From the NCBI RefSeq assembly GCF_058153355.1, contig NZ_CM177019.1: DNA of 64,000 nt, one strand, 5' to 3'. Below are positions 1 to 11,741 of this stretch, in pieces; positions within the stretch are counted from its first letter, which is position 1, and each line of letters starts with the position of its first letter. The notes below the pieces were generated by a model. That model was not told where the DNA came from, searched no databases, and saw only the letters and a list, made by a program, of their open reading frames with translations. The position numbers were made by a program, and so were the translations under genes.

Positions 1-39
1 TAATTCAAGTGATTCACTTACTTTTATCGTTTCAGCCAT
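1..39 (-). CDS. rimL: ribosomal-protein-serine acetyltransferase RimL, first 13 codons only (gene continues past window start)
   Basis: ATG at 37..39 on minus strand preceded by GGAG; N-terminus MAETIKVSESLEL resembles RimL; expected neighbour of ydcH. Confidence 0.55.
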   Translation of the reverse strand, partial: MAETIKVSESLEL

Positions 40-68
40 CTTATCTCCAGTCAATCCATACAGTTGTT

Positions 69-92
69 AAAAAAGCCGCCTGGCTGGCGGCT
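69..92 (-). terminator. rho-independent terminator downstream of ydcH
   Basis: AGCCGCC/GGCGGCT hairpin followed by a 6-nt T run on the minus strand, immediately 3' of the ydcH stop. Confidence 0.6.
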
Positions 93-101
93 TAGGAAAG
101 T

Positions 102-326
102 TTACACCTCTTTGACGCTCTCCTGCTGCAGGATTTTGAGCATCTCATCTTTTAACTGTAGCTTTTGTTTTTTCATGCGGACCACTTCCGCATTGTACCC
201 TCGACCGTCGGAACCTTCCTTTCTGGCAATTTCATGATCAAGTTTATTGTGTTTATCGAACAAGGACATAAAGCGAGGATTTTCGTTTTTCAGACGGGAT
301 ATTAAATCTCGGTATTCTGGAAACAT
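102..326 (-). CDS. ydcH: DUF465-family small protein YdcH
   Basis: 76-aa ORF; conserved 74-aa product starts at MFPEYRDLISRLKNENPRF; position next to opgD. Confidence 0.85.
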   Translation of the reverse strand: MFPEYRDLISRLKNENPRFMSLFDKHNKLDHEIARKEGSDGRGYNAEVVRMKKQKLQLKDEMLKILQQESVKEV

Positions 327-465
327 ACGCACTCCCTGTTAGTGGCTGACAAGGTGTATCTGAAATACACACTATCAGATTACTCATTTAACTTAGGGAA
401 AAATGCGAGCGGGATCGTGTTTAACCAGACGGCACCTCCCGAAGAAGGTGCCGAAGAAAAAACGA

Positions 466-2121
466 TTAACTCATCACGCGGTCGTCAACATACTGACGTT
501 TATCCGGCGCTGGCGGGAAATACTGATACAGCCATGTTTCACTGATAGCGTCGCCCTGACAACGCAGATACATCCGCATATCGACCGGATCAGTGGAGTC
601 CGAAGTCGGATACCAGTCAAACTGAATACGATAACCATCAATGGGTTCAATATAGAGAATTTCGATTTGCTTCGCTTCCCCACTGGAAAGCGTAATCACC
701 GGCTCAATGCCTTTTGGTGCGGCAGCTTTCAGATCACCACCAACGAAATCGACGGCAAAACGACGCGCCCATTTTTCAAGATAGTGTTCACCAGGCGCCC
801 AACCTTCCGGGAAACCGCCCATGCCGGTACGCGTTGCCATAACGCGCGCTAATGGGCAATGAACAGGCGGTTGCGCACTCCAGTACAGACGATACTGGAA
901 TGCAAACTCATCACCCGCTTTTACAGCTTTTTCTGGCTGCCAGAAGCAGACAATGTTATCCAGCGTTTCGCCCGTTGTTGGGATTTCCATCAGGCCGATG
1001 GTGCCCTTACCCCACTTGTTACGCGGTTCCACCCACAGACTTGGGCGTTTGTTATACCAGCCCATAATGTCCTGATAATGAGAGAAATCACGATCCAGTT
1101 GCAATAAACCAAACCCTTTCGGGTTGTTGTCGGTGTAAGCATTGAACTGCAATTTTTGCGGATTATTCAGCGGACGGCAAATCCACTCGCCGTTGCCCCG
1201 CCACATGGACAGACGATCAGAGTCATGGATTTGCGGATGAATGGTGTCGCACATCCGACGTTCATTAGTGCCGCAGCTGAACATGCTGGTCATCGGCGCA
1301 ATGCCCAGCTGTTTAATGTCTTTGCGCGCATATAGGTGATTTTCCACATCCATAATCACCTGACTTTTCTCACAATGGATAGTGAACTTATAGGCACCAG
1401 TAATGCTGGCGCTATCGAGCAACGCATAAACGGTAAAGGTGGTTGCCCCCGGTTTTACCGTATCAAACCAGAAGGCGGTAAAGTCGGGGAACTCTTCTTT
1501 ACTGTCGGTGTAAGTGTCGATCGCCAGGCCGCGAGCCGACAAACCGTATTGATATGTATCATCAACCGCGCGGAAATAACTCGCACCGAGGAATGATACG
1601 ACATCACGGCGCGCCAGTTCGGGGGCTTTAAACACGCGAAAACCGGCAAAACCGAGATCGCTTTGCCCTTCTAATTGTTTGGTATCAACACCCGCATCGT
1701 TGTATTTGAACAACTCCGGGCGAAAGTGAATTTCACGCGCCAGATGTGTTGCGGGATCAACAGAAAACATACGAACGCGGCGACGGAATCCCATTCCCAT
1801 ATGGAAGAACTGAGCGTCCAGTTGACGGTTCTCAACGTTATGCCAGAGCGATTTTTCGGCGTCGTATTGAATACTGTTATAAGCCTGCGGCGTCATTGTC
1901 GCCAGAGTGTCAGGTAACGGACGCGGCGCACCACGCCACGCGGTTTGCGCTAAGTCGTGCGCCATTGACTGTAGAATGGAGAAGTCAAAACGCTGGGTTT
2001 GCCCGTCGGCAATATCAGAATCTGCCGCGAATGCCGCCTGAGAAAAAAGAGAAGCAATGCCGCTGGTACCGCACACGGCGGCCATAGCCATTGAACCTTT
2101 AATAAATCGTCTACGATCCAT
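466..2121 (-). CDS. opgD: glucans biosynthesis protein D (OpgD/MdoD), Tat-exported periplasmic protein
   Basis: 551-aa ORF with twin-arginine N-terminus ([15 protein letters not shown]...); recognised as MdoD. Confidence 0.95.
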   Translation of the reverse strand: MDRRRFIKGSMAMAAVCGTSGIASLFSQAAFAADSDIADGQTQRFDFSILQSMAHDLAQTAWRGAPRPLPDTLATMTPQAYNSIQYDAEKSLWHNVENRQLDAQFFHMGMGFRRRVRMFSVDPATHLAREIHFRPELFKYNDAGVDTKQLEGQSDLGFAGFRVFKAPELARRDVVSFLGASYFRAVDDTYQYGLSARGLAIDTYTDSKEEFPDFTAFWFDTVKPGATTFTVYALLDSASITGAYKFTIHCEKSQVIMDVENHLYARKDIKQLGIAPMTSMFSCGTNERRMCDTIHPQIHDSDRLSMWRGNGEWICRPLNNPQKLQFNAYTDNNPKGFGLLQLDRDFSHYQDIMGWYNKRPSLWVEPRNKWGKGTIGLMEIPTTGETLDNIVCFWQPEKAVKAGDEFAFQYRLYWSAQPPVHCPLARVMATRTGMGGFPEGWAPGEHYLEKWARRFAVDFVGGDLKAAAPKGIEPVITLSSGEAKQIEILYIEPIDGYRIQFDWYPTSDSTDPVDMRMYLRCQGDAISETWLYQYFPPAPDKRQYVDDRVMS

Positions 2122-2345
2122 ACCTGAAAGTGAGTCCTTCTGGTGTTGTGAATGGTCCCGCGCTGGTCGTTTTCAGCGGCAAGAAAGTGCTTATTTATGA
2201 CCGCTCACTCTAGACAATATTTATTAATAATCCAATTGTTGAACTCAGAGAATATGCATTAATCGGCAATTTTTTTATGTCGATGGGATGAGCCTGATTC
2301 GTTTGTAAAATCAGGCAAATTTTTGCAAAGGCGGATGGTCAGAAT

Positions 2346-3689
2346 TTAAAGCAAACCACAGCGACGTTTACTGCGTTCTTCCGCTTCCTGATAAAGCTGG
2401 AACTCATCCAAAACCGGGCAGCCCAACGCCTGCTCAAATGCTTCGCGACTGGCATTACCGTGACTGCGTGCCTGCGTTTCATTACCCAGATTTGACTGGA
2501 AGATCCCCGCCGCGCTAACGGGCAAGAAATCTTCATAGGTAATGGGTTGCGCCACTATCCAACCACGTTCAATTAAGGGCTGTGGATCGTCTCCGGGATG
2601 AATCGCCTGACGATGCGCCTCACCTGAAGGCGTCAGACGGTACCGGAACCATGCCAACCCTTGCTGACGCATTAAAAACTCACTGTCAGGAAAAGTGCGG
2701 AAGGTTTCCTGTAAATGCATTTGGTGAGTGAGATTATCCTGCCCGGTTCCAGCGTTCCGCAGTAGATCATCATACAGTTGTCGTCCTTTCGGCGTTAATG
2801 CCACGCCACGCTGCTCTATTTCACCAAAGCGCGCGGTATGCGTGCCCTGTTTCTGCCCCGCAAACAACACCTTCTCTTCCAGTGCTTTAAAGCTGGTCTG
2901 GCGTAGTAAAATCGGTACCTCGCGGCGCGGCGGCCCTTCGATCAGAATTTTGGGTTCAATTCCGCATTCAGGCATCATCGACTGCACACGGTCAATATCC
3001 AGCGTACGTGGCGTCAGGTGGTTGATATGGCATCCAGGAAAACAGACCACATCAGCAATCAGCCGATGTTCGTTATGCAAGGCGCGATAGGTTACTTCAT
3101 CCACCGTTGCTGACTGGTGCCAGCGAAACGTTTCCAGGGCTTCCTGCACAAACTCCTGTGCCTGTGTTTCGTTAAAACCGCCCAGCTGCTCATACTCCTC
3201 TAACAGTTGTCGACAACGTGGGGTGAAGATATCGCGCTGACGCAGAATCTCCGCCGCTTTCTGGCGCAAAAATTCGTTCTCGATAAGCTCCAGGCGGAGT
3301 AATGAGGTAAAAACGCGGAAGGGATTACGCGCCAGAGAAGCATCATCAATGGGCCGAAATGCTGTGGAATGTACCGGCACGCCCGCCTGCGAGAGATCGT
3401 AATAGCTCACCGGGTACATCCCCATAATGGCAAACATCCGCCGAAGAGTAGCAAGCTCTTGTGCGGTCCCGACGCGAATTGCCCCATGACGTTCAACATT
3501 CAGTCGCGCCAGCTCGTCTGCATTTACCATTTTTTCGTGCAGTTGAGGATTGTTTTCCAGCACAGCCAGATTCACATCAGCTACCAGTTCCAGCAGCGTG
3601 CCGTACTGCGGAACTTCTTGCTGGTACATGGCTGACATTGCCTGCGAAAACTGTTCCCGAATCTCATCCGCCGTGATGCTGTCCGCCAT
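2346..3689 (-). CDS. ydcJ: DUF1338 family protein YdcJ
   Basis: 447-aa ORF, divergent from ydcI; matches remembered YdcJ. Confidence 0.9.
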   Translation of the reverse strand: MADSITADEIREQFSQAMSAMYQQEVPQYGTLLELVADVNLAVLENNPQLHEKMVNADELARLNVERHGAIRVGTAQELATLRRMFAIMGMYPVSYYDLSQAGVPVHSTAFRPIDDASLARNPFRVFTSLLRLELIENEFLRQKAAEILRQRDIFTPRCRQLLEEYEQLGGFNETQAQEFVQEALETFRWHQSATVDEVTYRALHNEHRLIADVVCFPGCHINHLTPRTLDIDRVQSMMPECGIEPKILIEGPPRREVPILLRQTSFKALEEKVLFAGQKQGTHTARFGEIEQRGVALTPKGRQLYDDLLRNAGTGQDNLTHQMHLQETFRTFPDSEFLMRQQGLAWFRYRLTPSGEAHRQAIHPGDDPQPLIERGWIVAQPITYEDFLPVSAAGIFQSNLGNETQARSHGNASREAFEQALGCPVLDEFQLYQEAEERSKRRCGLL

Positions 3690-3905
3690 AATGTCTGCCT
3701 CCAGTGGTCAGTAATCTGGAGTGTAGGTAACCGCATTCACTCTGGCGGGAAGAATTTGCAAACTGTGATCTCGCCGCGAAAACATCAATATTATCCATTT
3801 TGCTGTAACACAATTGCTTTAATTGTTAATAATATTTTGCAATCAAGTTATCATGATCAAACAACTTCACTTGTCAGCGACACCGCTTCGTTTTTAACAT
3901 CGCTT

Positions 3906-4829
3906 ATGGAAAAAAATAGTCTGTTTAGTCAGCGCATCCGTTTGCGCCACCTTCATACATTCGTAGCTGTTGCACAACAAGGAACTTTGGGGCGCGCAGC
4001 TGAAACCCTTAATTTGAGTCAACCTGCGCTCTCCAAGACATTGAATGAACTAGAGCAATTGACAGGTGCTCGCTTGTTTGAGCGTGGTCGTCAGGGGGCG
4101 CAACTTACCTTACCCGGCGAACAATTTTTAACACATGCCGTCAGAGTTCTTGACGCTATTAACACTGCCGGACAGTCGCTTCATCGTAAAGAAGGTCTTA
4201 ACAATGATGTCGTCAGGGTAGGTGCATTACCTACCGCGGCGCTGGGAATATTACCTTCGGTTATAGGTCAGTTTCATCAGCAACAAAAAGAGACGACCTT
4301 GCAAGTTGCGACAATGAGTAACCCTATGATTCTGGCGGGTTTGAAGACCGGCGAAATCGATATTGGCATTGGTCGGATGTCAGATCCTGAACTGATGACC
4401 GGGCTTAATTATGAACTGCTGTTTCTTGAATCGCTGAAGCTGGTTGTCCGCCCTAATCACCCGCTACTTCAGGAGAACGTAACGCTAAGCCGGGTGCTGG
4501 AATGGCCGGTTGTTGTATCACCAGAAGGCACTGCGCCACGCCAGCATTCAGATGCATTAGTGCAGAGCCAGGGCTGTAAAATTCCTTCGGGCTGTATCGA
4601 AACACTGTCTGCTTCGCTATCTCGTCAACTTACGGTTGAATACGACTACGTGTGGTTTGTTCCATCTGGCGCTGTAAAAGACGACCTGCGTCATGCCACG
4701 CTGGTGGCCCTGCCTGTTCCGGGGCATGGTGCAGGCGAACCGATCGGAATATTGACCCGCGTAGATGCGACGTTCTCTTCCGGTTGCCAATTGATGATTA
4801 ACGCTATTCGAAAATCAATGCCGTTCTGA
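3906..4829 (+). CDS. ydcI: LysR-family transcriptional regulator YdcI
   Basis: ORF opens at 3756 but conserved 307-aa product starts at MEKNSLFSQRIRLRHLHTF; N-terminal LysR-type HTH. Confidence 0.85.
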   Translation: MEKNSLFSQRIRLRHLHTFVAVAQQGTLGRAAETLNLSQPALSKTLNELEQLTGARLFERGRQGAQLTLPGEQFLTHAVRVLDAINTAGQSLHRKEGLNNDVVRVGALPTAALGILPSVIGQFHQQQKETTLQVATMSNPMILAGLKTGEIDIGIGRMSDPELMTGLNYELLFLESLKLVVRPNHPLLQENVTLSRVLEWPVVVSPEGTAPRQHSDALVQSQGCKIPSGCIETLSASLSRQLTVEYDYVWFVPSGAVKDDLRHATLVALPVPGHGAGEPIGILTRVDATFSSGCQLMINAIRKSMPF

Positions 4830-4834
4830 AAAGT

Positions 4835-4854
4835 AAGGGATCTTTCGATCCCTT
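4835..4854. terminator. bidirectional rho-independent terminator between convergent ydcI and trg
   Basis: AAGGGATC-TTTC-GATCCCTT hairpin flanked by A/T runs on both sides. Confidence 0.6.
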
Positions 4855-4865
4855 CTTTGATATTT

Positions 4866-6506
4866 TCACGCTGTTGCGAAACTAACAGACTCACCAGCTC
4901 CGCGTGATTCTGCCAACACAGAATGTTTGTTCAGGCGGAAAACGTCTACCGCCTCAGTTAATCGTGCAGCCTGTTCTTCAAGGGATAGCGCCGCCGCAGA
5001 AGCCTCTTCTACCAGAGAAGCATTCTGTTGCGTCACCTTATCCATTTCGGAAATCGCCTGGCTCACCTGCGTTATGCCTGTACTTTGTTCATCCGAGGCG
5101 GCGGCAATCTCCTGCATGATATGTGTGACACTCGCGACGGCATCAACAATCGTGCTCATGGTTTTCCCTGCCGTTGCCACTTCAACCGACCCCAGGTCAA
5201 TTAACCTGACTGATTCACTGATCAAGCCTTCAATCTCTTTCGCCGCTTGGGCGCTGCGACTTGCGAGTGTCCGTACTTCGCTGGCGACAACGGCAAATCC
5301 ACGTCCTTGCTCACCCGCTCGCGCGGCTTCAACGGCAGCATTCAGCGCCAGAATATTTGTCTGGAAAGCAATGCTGTTGATGACGGCAGTGATCTCGGAA
5401 ATTTTCTTTGAACTCGTGGAGATTGCTCCCATCGTTCTAACTACACCGGAAACCGTCTCCCCGCCATCGCTGGCTTTAATGGAGGCCTCCTGCGCCAGTT
5501 TGCTGGCATGATGCGCGTTATCTGCATTCTGTTTCACCGTCGCAGTGAGTTGCTCCATGCTGGCGGCAGTTTGTTCAATTGCCGCCGCTTGTTCTTCGGT
5601 GCGAGATGAAAGGTCCGCATTGCCAGCGGAAATTTCGCTGGTGCCACGATAAATCTCTTCCGCGCCCTGTCGAACAGTCCCGACTGTCATCCCCAGTGAA
5701 TGCTGCATTTGCTGTAAATGACGACTTAAGCGACCGATTTCATTACGACCCGCCGGTTCATCATTCATCGTCAGATCGCCACTGGCAATTTTTTCAATCC
5801 GTTGTGCGGCATGTTGCAGTGGACGAATGACGATCCGACGTAGCACCATAAATGTTATCAGCGTCATGACCACGGCAAGCACAAACGCGCCAATCATAAA
5901 CATCACACCCAGGCGGGTACGCTGATGGGCCTGTTCCGCCAGTTGGTTGGCTCTGGTGCTACGTATCTTAACGGCTTTGCTCAAAATATCGGTATAAGCA
6001 TTATCCAGCGGTCGGATCTGCTCACTTTCATGATTGATAATCGCCTCAAACATGCCATTTTTGGCATATTTCAGCATGGGTTGGATACCCGTGATATAAG
6101 CCTGGAAACGTTGATTTAATTCAGCCTCGAGAGCTTCATCAGCAGGTGTTTTCACCGGCCGACTCCGGTAAGCCCGATAACCTTGCTGCGACTGTTTAAT
6201 CTCCGATTCGGCTTGCGCAATATTTCGCTTCATTGCTTCCATTTCCGCAATACGACTCGCGGCCCCGGCCTGAATCATATTGATCCGGGCCGAACGCAAA
6301 AAATCTGAGCTGTTCGCTAACCCGGTCCGAACCTCAATCTCTGCAGTCACATCACGCTGATCGCGATCGGCCTTCCAGAGGAAATAGCCAGCCAGGGCTG
6401 AACTCAAGGCAAACAGAAGTAAGATACCGCCAAGAATGCAGGCAAATAACGGAACCAGCCTGATGTGATGCAAAAAACCTAATCGCTGTGAGGGAGTTGT
6501 ATTCAT
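4866..6506 (-). CDS. trg: methyl-accepting chemotaxis protein III (ribose/galactose sensor)
   Basis: 546-aa ORF with two TM segments, HAMP and MCP signalling domain; matches Trg. Confidence 0.95.
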   Translation of the reverse strand: MNTTPSQRLGFLHHIRLVPLFACILGGILLLFALSSALAGYFLWKADRDQRDVTAEIEVRTGLANSSDFLRSARINMIQAGAASRIAEMEAMKRNIAQAESEIKQSQQGYRAYRSRPVKTPADEALEAELNQRFQAYITGIQPMLKYAKNGMFEAIINHESEQIRPLDNAYTDILSKAVKIRSTRANQLAEQAHQRTRLGVMFMIGAFVLAVVMTLITFMVLRRIVIRPLQHAAQRIEKIASGDLTMNDEPAGRNEIGRLSRHLQQMQHSLGMTVGTVRQGAEEIYRGTSEISAGNADLSSRTEEQAAAIEQTAASMEQLTATVKQNADNAHHASKLAQEASIKASDGGETVSGVVRTMGAISTSSKKISEITAVINSIAFQTNILALNAAVEAARAGEQGRGFAVVASEVRTLASRSAQAAKEIEGLISESVRLIDLGSVEVATAGKTMSTIVDAVASVTHIMQEIAAASDEQSTGITQVSQAISEMDKVTQQNASLVEEASAAALSLEEQAARLTEAVDVFRLNKHSVLAESRGAGESVSFATA

Positions 6507-6545
6507 TACCGTTGTCTCTCTTCCAGGTTTACTCCTGATAGAAAG

Positions 6546-6572
6546 TCATCGGCATTTGACGGTAATTACTTA
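6546..6572 (-). promoter_or_regulatory. putative sigma-28 (FliA) promoter of trg
   Basis: minus strand reads TAAGTAAT-N11-GCCGATGA (consensus TAAAGTTT-N11-GCCGATAA) about 40 nt upstream of the trg start. Confidence 0.4.
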
Positions 6573-6798
6573 CGACTAAAAACCTCTTTGCGTCACATTT
6601 TTACAACAATTATTGCAGAGAAGATTAATGCCATTGGATTGAAGAAAGTGAGGAATGGTTAAACTGGCTAACCCGAATGACGAAAAATTCTGGAAAACAG
6701 CACGCTATTTCGTGAAGTGATTATTTTCGTCCCTAAGGAAACCTCATAGGATGCTCACGGGTGCCTGAGACTTTCTGTTTTCAGGCTAACCGGGAATC

Positions 6799-6846
6799 AG
6801 AAAGACGAAGGCCCCGACCGATATTTCTATCAACCGAGGCCAACGA

Positions 6847-6858
<12 letters not shown>
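6799..6858 (-). ncRNA. sokB: SokB antisense RNA (antitoxin of hokB); ends approximate
   Basis: antisense to mokB start region; candidate promoter TTGCCG-N17-TAACAT on minus strand inside mokB 5' end; hairpin and U-rich tail; coordinates inferred. Confidence 0.35.
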
Positions 6859-7054
<196 letters not shown>

Positions 7055-7125
7055 GGGCAAGCGCGGGGATTTTCCCCGCGCATCTGACTAGCGGATTCAG
7101 TTTCTCATGGCACCCCTTTTACACT

Positions 7126-7299
7126 TCAGTTAGTGCATGTTTTTTTCGATGCACTAATAGAACCATCATTACAGACAAATTTGCCGCCTGCCGTACAGTG
7201 TGAGATCCCCCCTTTCGAACCAGAACAGGGTTTGCGCCCGGCATCGGCATAAAAGGAAACAAGCGCTCCCATAACCAAGATAAGTGCCAATTTTTTCAT
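7126..7299 (-). CDS. ydcA: small secreted protein YdcA
   Basis: 57-codon ORF MKKLALILVMGALVSFYADAGRKPCSG... with signal peptide, translated by hand; between cybB and hokB. Confidence 0.8.
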   Translation of the reverse strand: MKKLALILVMGALVSFYADAGRKPCSGSKGGISHCTAGGKFVCNDGSISASKKTCTN

Positions 7300-7543
7300 A
7301 TAACCTCCATGATTTATCGAATCTTATGTTCGATTTGAACGTTATACGCTGGTTTATTTTGATACCGTTGATGAGATCAAAGATCGGGTGAATTGATTAA
7401 AGATAAGCCAGATGGACATATGGACAAGGATTATGGTTTTATTTGTCATACAAATAAATATAATAGGCGCTTCCGATGTAGGCCCGTATTCTTCGCCTGT
7501 ACCACGGGTCGGTTTTAGTACAGGCGTTTTCTTTAAATATCCT

Positions 7544-8074
7544 TCAGGAACGTTTACGCGGCATCATGCGTAGAAGTGTGTTGTCCTTCCAGAAATAGTG
7601 GTGTGCCAGTGCAGCCGCAGCGTGCAACCCGATGACAAAATATCCCAGATTCGCCAGCGTCTCATGCCACCACTTTAAGCTATCAACCCGTTCGAAATTG
7701 GCCTCTGCTGCATAAGGCATTGTCATACCAAACGCAAACCACGGGTTGCCCCGGTTATACATCATCACCAAACCAATCACTGGCAGCGCAATAAACAGGA
7801 GATAGATCACCAAATGTCCCAAATGTGCCAGTCCCGTCATCATCGGTTTTGGTTTAGGTACAATCGGCGGAGTTGAGTATTTAAGCCTTAGCAAAAGACG
7901 AACAACCATCAGCACGAGAATTGAGATGCCACAGGAAACATGAATCATGTTGATGAGCGGCCGATCGCTACGTGGGAAGAAACCACGAAACTCCATTGCG
8001 CAATACGCTGCGATAACCAGCAAAAAGACCAGCCAGTGAATGCTGATTTGTAACCTTGAGTATTTATTTTCCAT
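7544..8074 (-). CDS. cybB: cytochrome b561
   Basis: ORF 7544..8110; conserved 176-aa product starts at MENKYSRLQISIHWLVF; polytopic membrane protein with His ligands. Confidence 0.9.
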   Translation of the reverse strand: MENKYSRLQISIHWLVFLLVIAAYCAMEFRGFFPRSDRPLINMIHVSCGISILVLMVVRLLLRLKYSTPPIVPKPKPMMTGLAHLGHLVIYLLFIALPVIGLVMMYNRGNPWFAFGMTMPYAAEANFERVDSLKWWHETLANLGYFVIGLHAAAALAHHYFWKDNTLLRMMPRKRS

Positions 8075-8262
8075 AACATTTCCTGCTTTAAAACAATTTG
8101 CCGTTAACATAACGAGCTTTTCTTAAAATTTCATTAAATATTGTTCACCCGTTTTCAGTACGTTACGTTCCACGGCAAGAATGTAGATTGCCCATCCCGC
8201 CATCCTGGTCTAAGCCTGGAAAGGATCAATTTTCATCCGAACGTTCCTGACAGGAGAAGACC

Positions 8263-9264
8263 ATGAGTAAAGTTGGTATTAACGGTTTTGGTCGTATCGG
8301 TCGACTGGTGTTGCGTCGATTACTTGAAGTCAAAAGTAACATAGACATTGTCGCTATTAATGATCTCACTTCCCCAAAAATTCTCGCCTACCTGCTGAAA
8401 CATGATTCAAACTACGGACCGTTCCCTTGGAGCGTTGATTTTACGGAAGATTCACTTATCGTTGATGGAAAAAGTATCGCGGTTTACGCCGAAAAAGAGG
8501 CTAAAAATATTCCATGGAAAGCGAAAGGCGCAGAAATCATTGTCGAATGTACTGGCTTTTATACCTCCGCCGAGAAATCGCAGGCGCACCTTGATGCTGG
8601 TGCGAAGAAGGTGTTGATTTCCGCCCCTGCCGGTGAAATGAAAACCATCGTTTATAACGTCAATGACGACACACTGGATAGCAACGACACCATTGTTTCC
8701 GTGGCGTCATGCACCACTAACTGTCTTGCACCGATGGCCAAAGCCTTGCACGACAGTTTCGGAATAGAAGTCGGCACGATGACGACCATTCATGCCTATA
8801 CTGGCACCCAGTCACTGGTGGATGGCCCGCGAGGTAAAGATCTACGCGCTTCACGTGCAGCGGCAGAAAATATCATTCCCCACACTACAGGCGCGGCAAA
8901 AGCCATTGGTCTGGTGATCCCAGAACTGAGCGGCAAACTGAAAGGTCATGCGCAACGCGTACCCGTGAAAACAGGTTCGGTGACTGAACTGGTGTCTATT
9001 CTTGGAAAAAAAGTGACTGCCGAAGAGGTGAACAACGCGCTTAAAAACGCGACAAACAATAACGAGTCATTTGGTTATACCGATGAAGAAATAGTCTCTT
9101 CTGATATCATTGGCAGCCATTTCGGGTCGGTGTTTGATGCCACGCAAACCGAAATTACCGCCGTGGGCGATTTACAGTTGGTGAAAACGGTCGCCTGGTA
9201 TGATAACGAATATGGCTTCGTCACGCAGCTTATTCGCACCCTCGAAAAATTCGCTAAACTCTGA
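8263..9264 (+). CDS. gapC: glyceraldehyde-3-phosphate dehydrogenase C, intact
   Basis: uninterrupted 333-aa ORF with NAD-binding [10 protein letters not shown] and catalytic SCTTNC motifs. Confidence 0.9.
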   Translation: MSKVGINGFGRIGRLVLRRLLEVKSNIDIVAINDLTSPKILAYLLKHDSNYGPFPWSVDFTEDSLIVDGKSIAVYAEKEAKNIPWKAKGAEIIVECTGFYTSAEKSQAHLDAGAKKVLISAPAGEMKTIVYNVNDDTLDSNDTIVSVASCTTNCLAPMAKALHDSFGIEVGTMTTIHAYTGTQSLVDGPRGKDLRASRAAAENIIPHTTGAAKAIGLVIPELSGKLKGHAQRVPVKTGSVTELVSILGKKVTAEEVNNALKNATNNNESFGYTDEEIVSSDIIGSHFGSVFDATQTEITAVGDLQLVKTVAWYDNEYGFVTQLIRTLEKFAKL

Positions 9265-9272
9265 CGAGCAAA

Positions 9273-9300
9273 GGCGGAGGGAAAAGCCTCCGCCTCTTTC
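9273..9300. terminator. bidirectional terminator between convergent gapC and aldA
   Basis: GGCGGAGG-GAAAAG-CCTCCGCC hairpin with flanking A and T runs. Confidence 0.55.
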
Positions 9301-9305
9301 ACTCA

Positions 9306-10745
9306 TTACGACTGTAAATAAACCACCTGGGTCTGCAGGTATTCATGCAAGCCATGTTTGCCATCTGCGCCGCCAATACCGGATTTACGCCATCCGGCGT
9401 GGAATCCTTGCATAGCTTCGAAGTTTTCACGGTTGATGTAAGTTTCACCAAACTTCAGCCCTTTAATAGCTTTCATCGCGACGTTCAGATTTTGGGTATA
9501 GAGTGATGAGGTCAGGCCGTAATCACTGTCATTAGCCATTGCGATAGCCTCTTCCAGCGTGTCAAATGCGACCACTGGCAGCACCGGGCCAAAGGTTTCC
9601 TCGTGCATAATCGACATTTCCTGACGAACATCCAGTAGCAATGTCGGCGGATAATAATATCCTTTCCCCTCTACTGCCTTGCCCCCCAACGCCACTCTCG
9701 CCCCCTCTTCGACTGCGCGCGCCACTTTTTGCTCGACCCTTTCCAGCGCCGCGGCGTTAATCAACGGCCCCATCGCAATGTCGTTGCGTTCAGCGGGGTT
9801 ACCAAATTGAACCGCCTGCATCGCTTCACCCAGCCGATTGACGAACTGATCATAAATGCCTTTCTGTACATAAACACGTTCTGCACAGTTACACACTTGC
9901 CCACTATTAATGACGCGTGAATCAACGATGGCTTTGACTGCCAGTTCAAGATCGGCATCGTCCATTACAATAGCTGGTGCTTTCCCCCCCAGCTCAAGAC
10001 ACACTTTGGTGATATTTTTCGCTGCAGTCGCCATGATCTTCTCACCAGCAGAAACACTGCCTGTCATACTGACCATTGCGACCTTTGGGTTACCCGCCAG
10101 TTCTTGCCCAACGGTTTCACCACGCCCCAGCACAAGGTTAAACACACCGCGTGGAAGGCCTATTTCATCGACAATTTTGGCAAAAGCAATCGCATTGTTT
10201 GGCGTAAATTCACTGGGTTTAATGACGATAGTATTACCGGTCAAAAGAGCGGGAGCCATTTTGCGGGCAATGAGGAAGAACGGGAAGTTCCACGGCAGAA
10301 TGCCGGTAGTCACGCCAAGCGCACGTTTAAACAGAAGAATATTTTCTCCTGGACGATCGCTTTGAATAATCTCGCCTTCATAACGCCGTGCCCACTCCGC
10401 CATGTAATCGATATAGTCCGCAGTAAAAGCCACTTCGACTTCAGACAGCTGCTGGATCTTGCCCCCTTCTTCAACAATCAGCGCACTAATTTCACTGGCG
10501 CGTTCGCGGATCCCGGCGGAGATTTTGCGCAACCAACTGGCGCGTTCAATGGCAGGCAACGCTTCCCATTCTGGTTGTGCACGTTCTGCTGCATCGATTG
10601 CCTTACGGGCATCCTCGGCCTGACCATCGGGAATGCGGGAAATGACCGCCTCTGTAGCAGGGTTTACCACATCAATCCATGCGTCTCCACGCCAGGTAAC
10701 AAACTGTCCATCTATATACATAGGATGTTGAACGGGTACTGACAT
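9306..10745 (-). CDS. aldA: lactaldehyde dehydrogenase (NAD-dependent aldehyde dehydrogenase A)
   Basis: 479-aa ORF, ALDH family; matches AldA. Confidence 0.95.
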   Translation of the reverse strand: MSVPVQHPMYIDGQFVTWRGDAWIDVVNPATEAVISRIPDGQAEDARKAIDAAERAQPEWEALPAIERASWLRKISAGIRERASEISALIVEEGGKIQQLSEVEVAFTADYIDYMAEWARRYEGEIIQSDRPGENILLFKRALGVTTGILPWNFPFFLIARKMAPALLTGNTIVIKPSEFTPNNAIAFAKIVDEIGLPRGVFNLVLGRGETVGQELAGNPKVAMVSMTGSVSAGEKIMATAAKNITKVCLELGGKAPAIVMDDADLELAVKAIVDSRVINSGQVCNCAERVYVQKGIYDQFVNRLGEAMQAVQFGNPAERNDIAMGPLINAAALERVEQKVARAVEEGARVALGGKAVEGKGYYYPPTLLLDVRQEMSIMHEETFGPVLPVVAFDTLEEAIAMANDSDYGLTSSLYTQNLNVAMKAIKGLKFGETYINRENFEAMQGFHAGWRKSGIGGADGKHGLHEYLQTQVVYLQS

Positions 10746-10940
10746 GGGCGACTCCTGTGATTTATATGTTTGTTTTTGGTAAATGCATTGTTAATTAACA
10801 TCAATCATCATAGAGACGGCATCGTGAAAGGACAATTCTGTGAAGGGCTTCATAAAAACAAGTGTAAAAGGAATAAAAGGCAGAAATAAACGTCAGGAGT
10901 CATGCCCGTTTGCAAACAGTTGTTCTCAAACGGGCAATTT

Positions 10941-11741
10941 TCAACGTAGCGAGCGACTTTCCATCGCCTCGATAAGCACAGCATCGTGTTTCAGCCTTTG
11001 CCATGCCTGGGTGACTTCTGCAGGAAAATCAACGTGAACGATAAAATCTCGCCCGCGTGGACCGTAGCCATCGCTATCATCGCGTAAACGTGGCAGCTCG
11101 CCAGTGAGTAGTGAGAGATAACGCTCAACCGGCCATAATCCTTGCAACGGATTAACAAAGATTACACTGTCTGCGTTGTTTCCTAGCTGAGGAACGAATC
11201 CGGGATAACTTAACCAGCGAGGTGCATCTGGATTGTCCCCGGTCATACGGCGGAACGTCGCCATCGTGCGCCGCTGCATGGTGGGGTCCTGAACAACGAT
11301 AGCCGTATGAACTCTTTCTACGGCCTGATTCAATAGCGCGATGCTAAAGCGTGCGTTTTCACCGCAGTTTGTTGACTGGTCTTCAATCCAGATTTTTTCA
11401 TGCGGAATGTGCCAGAACTGATGAGCGATATCCGCCAGGATGGTAGCTTCTGCTCTGCCAGTGGTGCGGATAGTGTTGTAGTGCGGATGCTGTGCGATGG
11501 CGCTATACAAAAAAGTTGTCGAGTGACCGATACCACCACTAATCAGTAGAGGAATTTGCTGATCGCGGGCAATCTTACATGCCGCATCGATAGTCGGCAT
11601 AACCGCATTGCCTGCAAGGATCACGCAATCGGCCTGATATGGCTCCTCTCCGGAGAAATCATCCTGCGCCAGCCACTGTCCGATAACATTTATGGCATCT
11701 ATGGTTGCCGTCGAAAGCGTCGGAAACGGGGTAATGTTCAT
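10941..11741 (-). CDS. ydcF: DUF218-family protein YdcF
   Basis: 266-aa [27 protein letters not shown]...; matches YdcF. Confidence 0.9.
   Translation of the reverse strand: MNITPFPTLSTATIDAINVIGQWLAQDDFSGEEPYQADCVILAGNAVMPTIDAACKIARDQQIPLLISGGIGHSTTFLYSAIAQHPHYNTIRTTGRAEATILADIAHQFWHIPHEKIWIEDQSTNCGENARFSIALLNQAVERVHTAIVVQDPTMQRRTMATFRRMTGDNPDAPRWLSYPGFVPQLGNNADSVIFVNPLQGLWPVERYLSLLTGELPRLRDDSDGYGPRGRDFIVHVDFPAEVTQAWQRLKHDAVLIEAMESRSLR

Noticed and set aside
403-2087. Plus-strand ORFs overlapping opgD (403..852, 1746..2087 and others)
   Set aside because: Antisense shadow ORFs within opgD.
4927-5830. Plus-strand ORFs inside trg (4927..5511, 5579..5830)
   Set aside because: Antisense to the Ala/Ser-rich MCP signalling domain; low-complexity translations.
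7480-7545. CGCCTGTAC...GTACAGGCG hairpin downstream of cybB as a possible sRNA end
   Set aside because: Most simply the cybB 3' terminator-like structure; the T-run is on the strand opposite cybB and weak, with no other support for an RNA gene.
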